A DNA stretch of 41,819 nucleotides. It comes from a virus. Lineage: Duplodnaviria; Heunggongvirae; Uroviricota; Caudoviricetes. The notes beneath the pieces were generated by a model, which searched no databases, was not told the DNA's origin, and saw only the letters and a list, made by a program, of their open reading frames with translations. This document shows positions 26,669-37,800 of this stretch, piece after piece. Both the position numbers and the translations under genes were made by a program. The DNA is taken from the IMG/VR virus record IMGVR_UViG_2721755721_000002. One strand, given 5' to 3'. Position 1 is the first letter of the stretch, and each line of letters begins with the position of its first letter.

Positions 26669-27421
26669 ATGCCAACACCAAATCCTCTGGCACCGGTAAA
26701 AGGTGCCGGTACCACCCTGTGGGTTTATAACGGTCAGGGTGATGCCTATGCAAACCCGTTGTCAGACGATAACTGGCAGCGACTGGCACAGGTAAAGGAT
26801 CTGACGCCGGGCGAGATGACGGCAGAACCCTACGATGATAACTACCTGGATGATGAAGACGCGGACTGGACTGCGACCGGGCAGGGGCAGAAGTCTGCAG
26901 GAGATACCAGTTTTACGCTGGCCTGGAAACCGGGAGAAGAAGGTCAGAAAGGGCTTATAGGCTGGTTTGAAAGCGGGGATGTGCGGGCCTATAAAATCCG
27001 TTTCCCGAACGGCACGGTGGATGTGTTCCGTGGCTGGGTCAGCAGTATCGGTAAGGCCGTAACGGCGAAGGAAGTGATCACCCGTACGGTGAAAGTGACC
27101 AACGTGGGTAAACCTTCTGTGGCGGAAGAACGCAGCGAAATTACGCCGGTCACTGCGATTAAGGTGACGCCGACATCTGGTACGGTGGCAAAAGGGAAAA
27201 CAACAACCCTGACGGTTTCTTTTGAGCCGGAAAGTGCAACCGACAAAACGTTCAGAGCGGTTTCCGCCGATCCGTCAACGGGAACCATTGCTGTGAAAGA
27301 TATGGCGATCACTGTGACGGGGGTTAAGGCTGGAAAAGTGAGTATCCCCGTGATTTCCGGTAATGGTCAGTTTGCCACGGTAGCTGAAGTCACCGTTACT
27401 GAAGCGGGCGCTGCAGGGTAA
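26669..27421 (+). CDS. V: Major tail protein gpV-like with C-terminal Ig-like domain
   Basis: GAGTTLWVY...[39 protein letters not shown] parallels lambda V. Confidence 0.9.
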   Translation: MPTPNPLAPVKGAGTTLWVYNGQGDAYANPLSDDNWQRLAQVKDLTPGEMTAEPYDDNYLDDEDADWTATGQGQKSAGDTSFTLAWKPGEEGQKGLIGWFESGDVRAYKIRFPNGTVDVFRGWVSSIGKAVTAKEVITRTVKVTNVGKPSVAEERSEITPVTAIKVTPTSGTVAKGKTTTLTVSFEPESATDKTFRAVSADPSTGTIAVKDMAITVTGVKAGKVSIPVISGNGQFATVAEVTVTEAGAAG

Positions 27422-27434
27422 ACGGAGGTAATAC

Positions 27435-27866
27435 ATGTTTCTGAAAACCGAACAATTTGAATATAACGGTGTGTCCGTCACGCTTTCCGAATTGTCTGCG
27501 CTGCAGCGTATTGAGCATCTTGCCCTCCTGAAACGGCGTGCAGAACAGGCAGAATCCAGCGGCAACCTGCAGGTAAGCGTGGAAGATCTCGTCAGAACCG
27601 GCGCGTTTCTGGTGGCGATGTCCCTGTGGCATAACCATCCGCAGAAAACGGCATCACCGTCAATGAATGAGGCTGTGATGCAGATCGAACAGGAGGTGCT
27701 CACCACCTGGCCTGCGGATGCCATTGCCCGGGCGGAAGATGTGGTGTTGCGTCTGTCCGGGATGAGCGGGGCTGTTCATGCGGATACTGACAGCACCGAA
27801 GTGGCGAAAAATAACGCGCTGACTGATGATGATTTTTCTGCGGGAAAGTCTTCGACGGCGAGCTGA
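27435..27866 (+). CDS. G: Tail assembly chaperone gpG-like
   Basis: [34 protein letters not shown]... parallels lambda G; ends just after slippery GGGAAAG. Confidence 0.9.
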   Translation: MFLKTEQFEYNGVSVTLSELSALQRIEHLALLKRRAEQAESSGNLQVSVEDLVRTGAFLVAMSLWHNHPQKTASPSMNEAVMQIEQEVLTTWPADAIARAEDVVLRLSGMSGAVHADTDSTEVAKNNALTDDDFSAGKSSTAS

Positions 27867-28306
27867 ATTTTGCCCTCAGACTGGCGCGTGAGATGGGGAG
27901 GCCTGACTGGCGCGCCATGCTTGCCGGGATGACATCCACCGAATATGCCGACTGGCGACATTTTTACCGTACGCATTATTTTCTCGATACCCAACTGGAT
28001 ATGCATTTTTCCGGGCTGACGTACGCCGTACTCAGCCTGTTTTTTTGCGATCCGGATATGCATCCCTCTGATTTCAGTCTGCTTGCCCCCCGGCGTGAGG
28101 AAGCGCAGACGGAGATGCCGGATGAGGAAAAAATGCTGATGCAGAAAGCGGCAGGACTTGCCGGAGGCGTCCGGTTTGGTGGGGACGGAGGGCGTGAGAT
28201 TTTATCGTCTGCGGATGTGGCGGATGTCAGCGAGGATGATGTCGCATTAATGATGGCTTCAGCGGGGATTTCCGGAGGTGTGAGATATGTCCCAGCCGGT
28301 TGGTGA
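27435..28306 (+). CDS. T: gpG-T fusion made by -1 programmed frameshift at GGGAAAG (27842-27848)
   Basis: Slippery heptamer G GGA AAG in the G frame; the -1 frame is open from there to 28306 and matches track ORF 27893..28306. Confidence 0.8.
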
Positions 28307-30866
28307 TCTTGTTATTGACCTGAGTCTGGATGCGGTCCGTTTCGATGAGCAGATGAGCCGGGTAAGGCGTCATTTTTCCGGACTGGAGACTGACGCCAGA
28401 AAAACCGCCGGTGTTGTTGAGCAGAACCTGAGTCGTCAGGCGCTGGCTGCACAAAAAGCCGGGATTTCCGTCGGGCAGTATAAAGCGGCCATGCGAACCC
28501 TGCCCGCACAGTTTACGGATATCGCCACGCAGCTTGCCGGTGGTCAGAATCCCTGGCTGATCCTGCTGCAACAGGGCGGTCAGGTGAAGGACTCCTTCGG
28601 CGGGATGATCCCCATGTTCAGGGGACTTGCCGGTGCGATCACCCTGCCGATGGTCGGGGTCACCTCGCTGGCGGTGGCGACAGGTGCGCTGGCGTACGCC
28701 TGGTACCAGGGGGATTCCACGCTTTCAGCGTTTAATAAAACCCTGGTTCTTTCCGGTAATCAGTCCGGACTGACTGCCGATCGCATGCTGACGCTCTCCA
28801 GAGCCGGACAGGCCGCAGGGCTGACGTTTAACCAGACGAGTGAGTCACTGGCAGCCCTGGTGAATGCCGGTGTGCGTGGTGGTGAACAGTTTGATGCCAT
28901 CAACCAGAGTGTCGCGCGTTTTGCGTCTGCATCCGGTGTGGAGGTGGACAAGGTTGCAGAGGCTTTCGGAAAACTGACTACCGACCCGACGTCGGGACTG
29001 ATGGCGATGGCGCGCCAGTTCCGTAACGTGACGGCAGAGCAGATTGCGTATGTTGCACAGCTGCAGCGTTCCGGAGACGAGGCCGGGGCATTGCAGGCGG
29101 CGAACGATATCGCCACGAAAGGCTTTGATGAGCAGACCCGTCGCCTGAAAGAAAACATGGGAACACTGGAGACCTGGGCGGATAAAACAGGGAAGGCATT
29201 CAAATCGATGTGGGATGCCATTCTGGATATCGGTCGTCCTGAGTCCTCAGCGGATATGCTCGCCAGTGCACAGAAGGCATTTGATGAGGCGGATAAAAAA
29301 TGGCAGTGGTACCAGAGCCGGAGCCAGCGCCGGGGAAAAACCGCCTCTTTCCGGGCCAACCTTCAGGGCGCATGGAATGACCGGGAAAATGCCCGTCTGG
29401 GGCTGGCAGCGGCCACGCTGCAGTCGGATATGGAAAAAGCCGGTGAACTGGCCGCCAGGGACCGGGCCGAACGGGACGCATCACAGCTGAAGTATACCGG
29501 AGAGGCGCAGAAGGCGTATGAGCGTCTGCTGACGCCGCTGGAGAAATATACCGCCCGTCAGGAAGAACTGAATAAGGCCCTGAAAGACGGGAAAATCCTG
29601 CAGGCGGATTACAACACGCTGATGGCGGCGGCGAAAAAGGATTATGAATCGACGCTGAAAAAGCCGAAGTCGTCAGGAGTCAAAGTGTCAGCCGGTGAGC
29701 GTCAGGAAGACCAGGCGCATGCTGCCCTGCTGGCGCTTGAAACCGAGCTCCGGACGCTGGAAAAACACAGCGGTGCGAATGAGAAAATCAGCCAGCAGCG
29801 TCGCGATTTATGGAAAGCGGAAAATCAGTATGCGGTCCTGAAAGAGGCAGCCACGAAACGGCAGTTATCTGAGCAGGAAAAATCCCTGCTGACCCATGAG
29901 AAAGAGACGCTGGAGTACAAACGCCAGCTGGCTGAGCTGGGAGACAAAGTTGAACACCAGAAACGGCTGAATGAGCTGGCACAGCAGGCTGCGCGGTTTG
30001 AACAGCAGCAGAGTGCGAAGCAGGCGGCAATCAGCGCAAAAGCCCGCGGACTCACCGACCGTCAGGCGCAGCGGGAGTCGGAAGAGCAGCGCCTTCGTGA
30101 CGTGTACGGTGATAATCCGGATGCGCTGGCGAAGGCCACATCTGCACTGAAGAACACCTGGTCTGCGGAGGAGCAGCTTCGTGGAAGCTGGATGGCCGGT
30201 CTGAAGTCCGGCTGGGGCGAGTGGGCAGAAAGTGCGACGGACAGTTTTTCGCAGGTTAAAAGCGTGGCCACGCAGACCTTTGACGGTATTGCACAGAATA
30301 TGGCAGCGATGCTGACCGGCAGCGAACAGAGCTGGCGTGGTTTCACCCGTTCTGTGCTCTCCATGCTGACAGAGATTTTTCTGAAGCAGGCCATGGTGGG
30401 GATTGTCGGGAGTATTGGCAGCGCCATGGGTGGTGCTTTCGGTGGTGGGGCGTCTGCCTCCACGGGGACGGCCATTCAGGCTGCGGCGGCGAACTTCCAT
30501 TTCGCGACCGGAGGATTTACGGGAACCGGTGGCAAATACGAACCTGCCGGTATTGTCCACCGCGGGGAGTTTGTCTTCACGAAGGAGGCAACCAGCCGGA
30601 TTGGCGTCGGCAACCTGTATCGTCTGATGCGCGGGTATGCGGAAGGTGGTTATGTGGGCGGTGCCGGAAGTCCGGCGCAGATGCGGCGGGCGGAAGGCAT
30701 TAGTTTTAATCAGAACAATCACGTGGTGATTCAGAACGACGGCACCAACGGACAGGCGGGGCCGCAGCTGATGAAGGCGGTGTATGACATGGTCCGCAAG
30801 GGGGCGCAGGATGAGATTCAGGCGCAGATGCGTGATGGCGGCGTCTTTTCCGGAGGCAGGCGATGA
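28287..30866 (+). CDS. H: Tail tape measure protein gpH-like
   Basis: 859 aa, collinear with lambda H (N-terminal VGDLVIDLSLDAVRFDEQM, C-terminal FATGGFTGTGGKYEPAGIVHRGEFVFTKEATSRIGVGNLYRLMRGY). Confidence 0.9.
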   Translation: MSQPVGDLVIDLSLDAVRFDEQMSRVRRHFSGLETDARKTAGVVEQNLSRQALAAQKAGISVGQYKAAMRTLPAQFTDIATQLAGGQNPWLILLQQGGQVKDSFGGMIPMFRGLAGAITLPMVGVTSLAVATGALAYAWYQGDSTLSAFNKTLVLSGNQSGLTADRMLTLSRAGQAAGLTFNQTSESLAALVNAGVRGGEQFDAINQSVARFASASGVEVDKVAEAFGKLTTDPTSGLMAMARQFRNVTAEQIAYVAQLQRSGDEAGALQAANDIATKGFDEQTRRLKENMGTLETWADKTGKAFKSMWDAILDIGRPESSADMLASAQKAFDEADKKWQWYQSRSQRRGKTASFRANLQGAWNDRENARLGLAAATLQSDMEKAGELAARDRAERDASQLKYTGEAQKAYERLLTPLEKYTARQEELNKALKDGKILQADYNTLMAAAKKDYESTLKKPKSSGVKVSAGERQEDQAHAALLALETELRTLEKHSGANEKISQQRRDLWKAENQYAVLKEAATKRQLSEQEKSLLTHEKETLEYKRQLAELGDKVEHQKRLNELAQQAARFEQQQSAKQAAISAKARGLTDRQAQRESEEQRLRDVYGDNPDALAKATSALKNTWSAEEQLRGSWMAGLKSGWGEWAESATDSFSQVKSVATQTFDGIAQNMAAMLTGSEQSWRGFTRSVLSMLTEIFLKQAMVGIVGSIGSAMGGAFGGGASASTGTAIQAAAANFHFATGGFTGTGGKYEPAGIVHRGEFVFTKEATSRIGVGNLYRLMRGYAEGGYVGGAGSPAQMRRAEGISFNQNNHVVIQNDGTNGQAGPQLMKAVYDMVRKGAQDEIQAQMRDGGVFSGGRR

Positions 30867-31192
30867 AAACATTTCGCTGGAAAGTGAAGCCGGATATGGA
30901 GGTGAACTCGCAGCCATCGGTGCGTGAAGTGCGTTTTGGTGACGGGTATTCGCAGCGTATGGCGGCGGGGCTGAATGCTGACCTGAAAACATACCGTGTG
31001 ACGCTTTCCGTGACCCGGGAGGAGGCCCGACATCTGGAGGCATTCCTGGCAGAGCACGGTGGCTGGAAGGCGTTTCTGTGGACACCGCCTTATGCCTGGC
31101 GGCAGATAAAGGTGACCTGTGCCGCCTGGTCATCACGGGTTCGCATGCTGCGGGTTGAATTCAGCGCGGAGTTTAAGCAGGTGGTGAACTGA
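30863..31192 (+). CDS. M: Minor tail protein gpM-like
   Basis: MKTFRWKVKPDM...VRFGDGYSQR...FLWTPPYAWRQIKVTC parallels lambda M. Confidence 0.9.
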   Translation: MKTFRWKVKPDMEVNSQPSVREVRFGDGYSQRMAAGLNADLKTYRVTLSVTREEARHLEAFLAEHGGWKAFLWTPPYAWRQIKVTCAAWSSRVRMLRVEFSAEFKQVVN

Positions 31193-31890
31193 TGCAGGAT
31201 ATTCACGAAGAAAGTCTGAACGAGTCGGTTAAATCAGAGCAGTCACCGCGGGTGGTACTCTGGGAAATCGACCTGACGGTACAGGGTGGTGAGCGGTATT
31301 TTTTCTGCAATGAGCTGAATGAAAAAGGGGAGGCGGTTACCTGGCAGGGGCGGCAATATCAGGCATACCCGATTGACGGCAGTGGCTTTGAGATGAACGG
31401 GAAGGGCAGCAGTGCCCGCCCGTCGCTGACGGTGTCCAATCTGTTCGGTCTGGTCACCGGAATGGCGGAGGACCTGCAGAGCCTGGTGGGGGCCACGGTG
31501 GTCCGCCGCCGGGTGTATGCCCGTTTTCTGGATGCGGTGAATTTTGTGGCGGGCAATCCGGAAGCGGACCCGGAGCAGGAGCTGAGCGACCGCTGGGTGG
31601 TGGAGCAGATGTCAGAGCTGACGGCCATGACGGCCTCGTTTGTGCTGGCAACACCGACGGAGACGGACGGAGCGCTGTTTCCCGGTCGCATCATGCTGGC
31701 GAACACCTGTATGTGGGATTACCGGGGAGATGAATGCGGGTATAACGGTCCTGCGGTGGCGGATGAGTTCGATAAACCCACCACCGATATCCGTAAGGAC
31801 AGATGCAGCAAGTGCATGCGCGGGTGTGAGATGCGCGGCATGGTGGCTAATTTTGGCGGTTTCCTTTCCATTAACAAACTTTCGCAGTAA
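31192..31890 (+). CDS. L: Minor tail protein gpL-like
   Basis: 232 aa at the conserved position between M and K; cysteine-rich C-terminus. Confidence 0.8.
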   Translation: MQDIHEESLNESVKSEQSPRVVLWEIDLTVQGGERYFFCNELNEKGEAVTWQGRQYQAYPIDGSGFEMNGKGSSARPSLTVSNLFGLVTGMAEDLQSLVGATVVRRRVYARFLDAVNFVAGNPEADPEQELSDRWVVEQMSELTAMTASFVLATPTETDGALFPGRIMLANTCMWDYRGDECGYNGPAVADEFDKPTTDIRKDRCSKCMRGCEMRGMVANFGGFLSINKLSQ

Positions 31891-31895
31891 ATCCA

Positions 31896-32639
31896 ATGAC
31901 ACAGACAGAATCAGCGATTCTGGCGCATGCCCGGCGGTGTGTGCCTGCGGAGTCGTGCGGCTTCGTGGTGAGAACGCCGGAGGGGGAGCGGTATATCCCT
32001 TGTGTGAATATCTCTGCAGAGCCGGAGGCGTATTTTCGTATTGCACCGGAAGACTGGCTGCGGGCAGAGATGCAGGGGGAGATTGTGGCACTGGTCCACA
32101 GTCATCCCGGTGGTCTGCCCTGGCTGAGCGAGGCCGACCGGCGGCTGCAGATAAAAAGTGCACTGTCCTGGTGGCTGGTCTGCCGGGGGGAAATTCATAA
32201 ATTCCGCTGTGTGCCACATCTGACAGGACGGCGCTTTGAGCACGGGGTGACGGACTGTTACACGCTGTTCCGGGATGCCTACCATCTGGCGGGAATTGAT
32301 ATGCCGGATTTTGAGCGTGAGGATGACTGGTGGCGCAACGGTCAGAACCTGTACCTGGACAATATGGAGGCGACTGGTTTTTACAGGATTTCCCTGCCTT
32401 CCGCACAGCCTGGCGATATCCTGCTGTGCTGCTTTGGCGCATCGGTGGCCAATCATGCCGCCATATACTGCGGCAACGGTGAGCTGCTTCACCATCTGCC
32501 TGAACAACTGAGTAAACGGGAGAGGTATTCCGAAAAATGGCAACGACGAACGCATTCAGCCTGGCGTCACCGCCACTGGCACGTATCTGCCTTCACGGGG
32601 ATTTACAACGATTTGGCCGCCGCCTCAGCCTGTATGTGA
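31896..32639 (+). CDS. K: Tail assembly protein gpK-like (JAB/MPN + NlpC/P60-type)
   Basis: MTQTESAILAHARRC.PAESCGFVV.TPEGERY...EIVALVHSHPGG near-collinear with lambda K. Confidence 0.9.
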   Translation: MTQTESAILAHARRCVPAESCGFVVRTPEGERYIPCVNISAEPEAYFRIAPEDWLRAEMQGEIVALVHSHPGGLPWLSEADRRLQIKSALSWWLVCRGEIHKFRCVPHLTGRRFEHGVTDCYTLFRDAYHLAGIDMPDFEREDDWWRNGQNLYLDNMEATGFYRISLPSAQPGDILLCCFGASVANHAAIYCGNGELLHHLPEQLSKRERYSEKWQRRTHSAWRHRHWHVSAFTGIYNDLAAASACM

Positions 32640-33217
32640 ACACGGCAGCGGAAGCCATCCGTGCCCTGTCGATGCAGATGCCGGGATTCCGCCGTCAGAT
32701 GAACGAAGGCTGGTACCAGATACGTATTCGCGGTGAGGACACGGCACCGGAGGCGGTGTACGCCCGTCTTCACGAACAGCTGGGTGAGGGAACGGTCATC
32801 CACATTGTGCCGCGACTGGCCGGGGCCGGAAAGGGTGGACTGCAGATTGTGCTGGGGGCGGCAGCCATCGTGGGCTCTTTCTTCACTGCCGGGGCATCAA
32901 TGGCGTTATGGGGTTCAGCCCTGGCAGCCGGTGGTTTTTCTGCCACCACGATGCTGTTTTCTCTGGGGGCCAGCATGATTCTGGGTGGTGTGGCTCAGAT
33001 GCTGGCCCCGAAGGCTAAAGTACCGGAGTACAAAAGCACGGATAACGGCAGACAGAACACGTATTTTTCGTCACTGGACAACATGATTGCCCAGGGTAAC
33101 CCGATGCCGGTGCCTTACGGGGAAATGCTGGTTGGCTCCCGCCGTATATCCCAGGACATCAGTACCCGTGATGAAGGCGGGGGCGGAAAGGTCGTGGTTA
33201 TCGGGCGGCAGGCATAA
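32537..33217 (+). CDS. I: Tail assembly protein gpI-like
   Basis: ARICLHGDLQRFGRR...QIVLGAAAIVGSFFTAGA...NTYFSSLDNMIAQGN parallels lambda I. Confidence 0.85.
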   Translation: MATTNAFSLASPPLARICLHGDLQRFGRRLSLYVNTAAEAIRALSMQMPGFRRQMNEGWYQIRIRGEDTAPEAVYARLHEQLGEGTVIHIVPRLAGAGKGGLQIVLGAAAIVGSFFTAGASMALWGSALAAGGFSATTMLFSLGASMILGGVAQMLAPKAKVPEYKSTDNGRQNTYFSSLDNMIAQGNPMPVPYGEMLVGSRRISQDISTRDEGGGGKVVVIGRQA

Positions 33218-33336
33218 AAGCGAAAAAATCCCGCAGTGCTCACGGACAGGAACTGCGGGAGCGTTACGAAGATTGAGTGTAAGGAATTATTCTTATGTCA
33301 CGACAAAAACATTAACTCAGAGGTAATGACTCCAAC

Positions 33337-33702
33337 TTATTGATAGTGTTTTATGTTCAGATAATGCCCGATGACTTTGTCATGCAGCTCCACCGATTTT
33401 GAGAACGACAGCGACTTCCGTCCCAGCCGTGCCAGGTGCTGCCTCAGATTCAGGTTATGCCGCTCAATTCGCTGAGTGTAACGCTTGCTGATTACGTGCA
33501 GCTTTCCCTTCAGGCGGGATTCATACAGCGGCCAGCCATCCGTCATCCATATCACCACGTCAAAGGGTGACAGCAGGCTCATAAGAAGCCCCAGCGTCGC
33601 CATCGTGCGTTCACCGAATACGTGCGCAACAACCGTCTTCCGGAGCCTGTCATACGCGTAAAACAGCCAGCGCTGGCGCGATTTAGCCCCGACTAGCCCC
33701 AC
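33337..33702 (-). CDS. insB: IS1 InsB transposase reading frame
   Basis: [34 protein letters not shown]...[42 protein letters not shown] matches IS1 InsB. Confidence 0.9.
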   Translation of the reverse strand: MGLVGAKSRQRWLFYAYDRLRKTVVAHVFGERTMATLGLLMSLLSPFDVVIWMTDGWPLYESRLKGKLHVISKRYTQRIERHNLNLRQHLARLGRKSLSFSKSVELHDKVIGHYLNIKHYQ

Positions 33703-33757
33703 TGTTCGTCCATTTCCGCGCAGACGATGACGTCACTGCCCGGCTGTATGCGCGAGG

Positions 33758-34033
33758 TTACCGACTGCGGCCTGAGTTTTTTAAGTGACGTAAAATCGTG
33801 TTGAGGCCAACGCCCATAATGCGGGCTGTTGCCCGGCATCCAACGCCATTCATGGCCATATCAATGATTTTCTGGTGCGTACCGGGCTGAGAAGCGGTGT
33901 AAGTGAACTGCAGTTGCCATGTTTTACGGCAGTGAGAGCAGAGATAGCGCTGATGTCCGGCAGTGCTTTTGCCGTTACGCACCACCCCGTCAGTAGCTGA
34001 ACAGGAGGGACAGCTGATAGAAACAGAAGCCAC
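33758..34033 (-). CDS. insA: IS1 InsA
   Basis: (M)[50 protein letters not shown]... matches IS1 InsA; GTG start. Confidence 0.9.
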
Positions 34034-34154
34034 AGGAGCACCTCAAAAACACCATCATACACTAAATCAGTAAGTTGGCAGCATCACCTAACTCAGAGAG
34101 GGAGGATGTGCCGTTCTTTTCAGGGAGAAAGGATTTATCGTCCTGAGGAATAAA

Positions 34155-34176
34155 GGTAAGGGGCCCGCCCCTTACC
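34155..34176. terminator. GC-rich hairpin downstream of sodC
   Basis: GGTAAGGGG-CCCG-CCCCTTACC perfect 9-bp stem; weak T-run on the minus strand. Confidence 0.4.
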
Positions 34177-34183
34177 TGACTGA

Positions 34184-34711
34184 TTATTGAATGATGCCGC
34201 AGGCCATTCTCGCACCACCACCGCCCAGGGGCTCCGGATGGTCATGATGGTTATCACCGCCAGCATGAAGCATGAGAGAACGCCCTTTAATCTCTTTTAA
34301 TGAGTTCAGTCTCGGGGCCAGGACCGGGTAGTTCGCTTTTCCGTCATGCGTCACGAACAGCGCAGGGAGGTCGCCCAGGTGTCCATCCGGAGACCAGGGG
34401 CCAAGATGTTTGCCGGTGTTTTTCGGGTCAAAGTGACCGCCAGCCGATAATGCTGCGACCGGTTTTCCGTCTTTCAGTGCCGGGGCGCAATTTCCTTTTT
34501 CGTGCACATGAAAACCATGAATGCCTTCAGACAGAGAGTGAAGGGCTGGTGTGAACAGCAGACCGTAGGGGGTCTCCTGAATGGTTATTTTTCCAATGCT
34601 GACTTCTTTTCCGTCAGCACTGACAAGGTTCATTGGGACTTCCTGTTCTGCTGCGTATCCGCATGATGCTGCTGTCAGCATGGCAATGGCAGCAATGATT
34701 TTACATTTCAT
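34184..34711 (-). CDS. sodC: Periplasmic Cu,Zn superoxide dismutase (SodC), prophage moron
   Basis: [20 protein letters not shown] signal peptide; [29 protein letters not shown] are Cu,Zn-SOD signatures. The track ORF runs on to 35218 antisense to J; the real start is the internal ATG. Confidence 0.85.
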   Translation of the reverse strand: MKCKIIAAIAMLTAASCGYAAEQEVPMNLVSADGKEVSIGKITIQETPYGLLFTPALHSLSEGIHGFHVHEKGNCAPALKDGKPVAALSAGGHFDPKNTGKHLGPWSPDGHLGDLPALFVTHDGKANYPVLAPRLNSLKEIKGRSLMLHAGGDNHHDHPEPLGGGGARMACGIIQ

Positions 34712-34844
34712 AAAACCCTCATTAATTCCGTTAACAGACTGAGCTTGCTGGTTACAGGGTAACAAACAGCGTTCTGATGATATCGCGCAATAGCTGTGCA
34801 ATATCCTATCACTGCGATTAATAATACCAATTGAGAGGAACATT

Positions 34845-37800
34845 ATGGGCAAAGGTGGCGGCAGGGCGCACACGCCTCGAGAGGCGAAGGATAATCTCAA
34901 ATCCACGCAGATGATGAGTGTGATTGATGCGATTGGTGAGGGACCGATAGAAGGCCCGGTGAAGGGGCTGCAGAGTATCCTGGTGAACAAAACCCCGCTG
35001 ACGGACACGGACGGTAATCCCGTGATACACGGTGTGACGGCGGTCTGGCGCGCCGGGGAGCAGGAGCAGACACCACCGGAAGGCTTTGAGTCCTCCGGAG
35101 CTGAAACCGGACTGGGCGTGGAAGTGACGAAGGCAAAGCCGGTAACGCGCACCATTACATCCGCGAACATTGACCGCCTGCGGGTCACCTTCGGGGTGCA
35201 GTCACTGTTGGAGACCACCTCAAAGGGCGACCGTAATCCCTCTTCTGTCCGACTGCTGATTCAGTTGCAGCGTAACGGTAACTGGGTGACGGAAAAGGAT
35301 GTCACCATTAACGGCAAGACCACCTCACAGTACCTGGCGTCGGTGATTCTGGAGAATCTGCCTGAGCGGCCCTTTAACATCCGGATGGTCCGGGAGACAG
35401 CGGACAGCACCTCGGACCAGCTGCAGAATAAGACGCTCTGGTCGTCATACACCGAAATCATCGATGTGAAACAGTGCTACCCGAACACGGCGATTGTGGG
35501 GCTGCAGGTGGATGCGGAGCAGTTTGGCGGTCAGCAGATGACGGTGAACTACCATATCCGCGGTCGCATCATCCAGGTACCGTCAAACTATGACCCGGAA
35601 AAACGCACGTACAGCGGCATCTGGGACGGCAGCCTGAAACCGGCATACAGCAACAACCCGGCCTGGTGCCTGTGGGACATGCTGACTCACCCGCGCTACG
35701 GCATGGGAAAACGTCTGGGGGCGGCAGACGTGGACAAATGGGCGCTGTATGCCATCGGGCAGTACTGCGACCAGACGGTCCCGGATGGTTTCGGGGGCAC
35801 AGAGCCGCGGATGACCTTTAATGCGTACCTGTCACAACAGCGTAAGGCGTGGGACGTTCTCAGTGATTTCTGCTCGGCGATGCGCTGTATGCCGGTATGG
35901 AACGGCCAGACGCTGACGTTCGTTCAGGACCGCCCGTCGGATGTGGTGTGGCCGTACACCAACAGCGATGTGGTGGTGGATGATAACGGCGTGGGGTTCC
36001 GCTACAGCTTCAGTGCCCTGAAGGACCGGCACACGGCGGTGGAGGTGAATTACACCGACCCGCAGAACGGCTGGCAGACCTCCACGGAACTGGTGGAAGA
36101 CCCGGAAGCCATACTGCGCTACGGGCGCAACCTGCTGAAGATGGATGCGTTCGGTTGCACCAGTCGCGGTCAGGCCCACCGTGCCGGGCTGTGGGTGATA
36201 AAGACCGGACTGCTGGAAACGCAGACGGTGGATTTCACGCTCGGGTCACAGGGGCTGCGTCACACACCCGGTGACATTATTGAAATCTGTGATAACGACT
36301 ATGCCGGGACCATGACCGGCGGACGTATCCTGTCCATCGATGCCGCCAGCCGCACCCTGACACTGGACCGTGAGGTGACCCTGCCGGAGACAGGTGCCGC
36401 CACGGTGAACCTGATTAACGGCAGCGGTAAGCCGGTGAGCGTGGCCATCACTGCACACCCCGCGCCGGACCGGATACAGGTCAGCACCCTGCCTGATGGT
36501 GTGGAGACATACGGTGTATGGGGACTCTCCCTGCCGTCACTGCGTCGTCGCCTGTTCCGCTGTGTCTCCATCCGGGAAAACACGGACGGCACCTTTGCCA
36601 TCACGGCGGTGCAGCACGTACCGGAAAAAGAAGCCATTGTGGATAACGGGGCCAGCTTTGAGCCACTGTCCGGTTCGCTGAACAGCGTCATCCCGCCGGC
36701 TGTGCAGCACCTGACGGTGGAGGTGAGCGCGGCTGACGGTCAGTATCTGGCACAGGCGAAATGGGACACGCCGCGGGTGGTGAAGGGGGTGCGCTTCAGT
36801 CTGCGCCTGACCAACGGAAGCGGAGAAGACAGCCGTCTGGTGACCACCGCCATCACTGCGGATACAGAGCATCGTTTCAGTGGTCTGCCGCTCGGGGAAT
36901 ACACCCTGACAGTCCGGGCAATTAACAGTTATGGCCAGCAGGGCGAACCGGCCACCACCACCTTCCGGATTAACGCGCCAGCAAAACCCGCCACCATTGA
37001 ACTGACGCCGGGGTATTTTCAGATAACGGCGGTCCCGCGTCTTGCGGTGTATGACCCGACGGTACAGTTTGAGTTCTGGTTTTCGGAGGCAAAAATCGCA
37101 GACACATCTCAGGTGGAAACCTCTGCCCGTTATCTGGGGACCGGCAGTCAGTGGAGTGTATCCGGCCCGCACATTAAGCCCGGGAAGGATTTCTGGTTTT
37201 ACGTGCGCAGCGTCAACCTGGTGGGGAAATCTGCGTTTGTGGAAGTCAGCGGGCAGCCCAGCAATGATGGTGAAGGGTATCTGGAATTTTTCCGGGAAAA
37301 AATAGGAAAACTGCATCTGGCTCAGGGGCTATGGGAGCTGATAGACAACAGCCAGCTTGCGGATGAGATGGCGGAGATGAAGACCACCATCACCGAAACC
37401 CGCAATGAAATCACACAGACGGTCAGTAAAACGCTGGAAGACCAGAGCGCCACCATTCAGCAGATACAGCGCGTGCAGAAGGACACAAATGATGACCTGG
37501 CTGCGCTGTACATGCTGAAGGTTCAAAAAACGAAAGACGGCATTCCCTATGTGGCCGGGATTGGTGCAGGGATTGAGGATACTGATGGCCAGCCACTGAG
37601 CAACATACTGCTGCTGGCTGACCGTATCGCGATGATAAATCCGGAGAGCGGCAACAGCACTCCGTTATTTGTGGCGCAGGGGAATCAGCTGTTCATGAAC
37701 GACGTGTTCCTGAAGCGTCTGTTTGCGGCGAGTATCACGTCATCCGGCAACCCCCCGACGTTTTCCCTGACGCCGGAAGGGAAGCTGACAGCCAGGAACG

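Larger units (their letters stand above)
33322..34088 (-). mobile_element. IS1 insertion sequence flanked by a perfect 9-bp target-site duplication TAACTCAGA (33313-33321 and 34089-34097)
   Basis: Ends GGTAATGACTCCAACTTATTGATAGTG (33322..) and ...CAGTAAGTTGGCAGCATCACC (..34088) match IS1 inverted repeats from memory; InsA and InsB ORFs inside. Confidence 0.9.

Noticed and set aside
29865-31136. 423-aa minus-strand ORF inside the tape-measure (H) and M genes
   Set aside because: Antisense to a well-supported lambda-like H gene; Pro/Arg/Ala-rich low-complexity translation typical of a GC-rich antisense frame.
31612-32442. 276-aa minus-strand ORF and 186-aa plus-strand ORF overlapping L/K
   Set aside because: Conflict with gpL and gpK calls supported by lambda collinearity; low-complexity translations.
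34712-35218. N-terminal extension of the minus-strand ORF containing sodC (track ORF 34184..35218)
   Set aside because: The extension is antisense to the start of J and precedes the SodC signal peptide; the SodC ATG at 34711 is the biologically sensible start.
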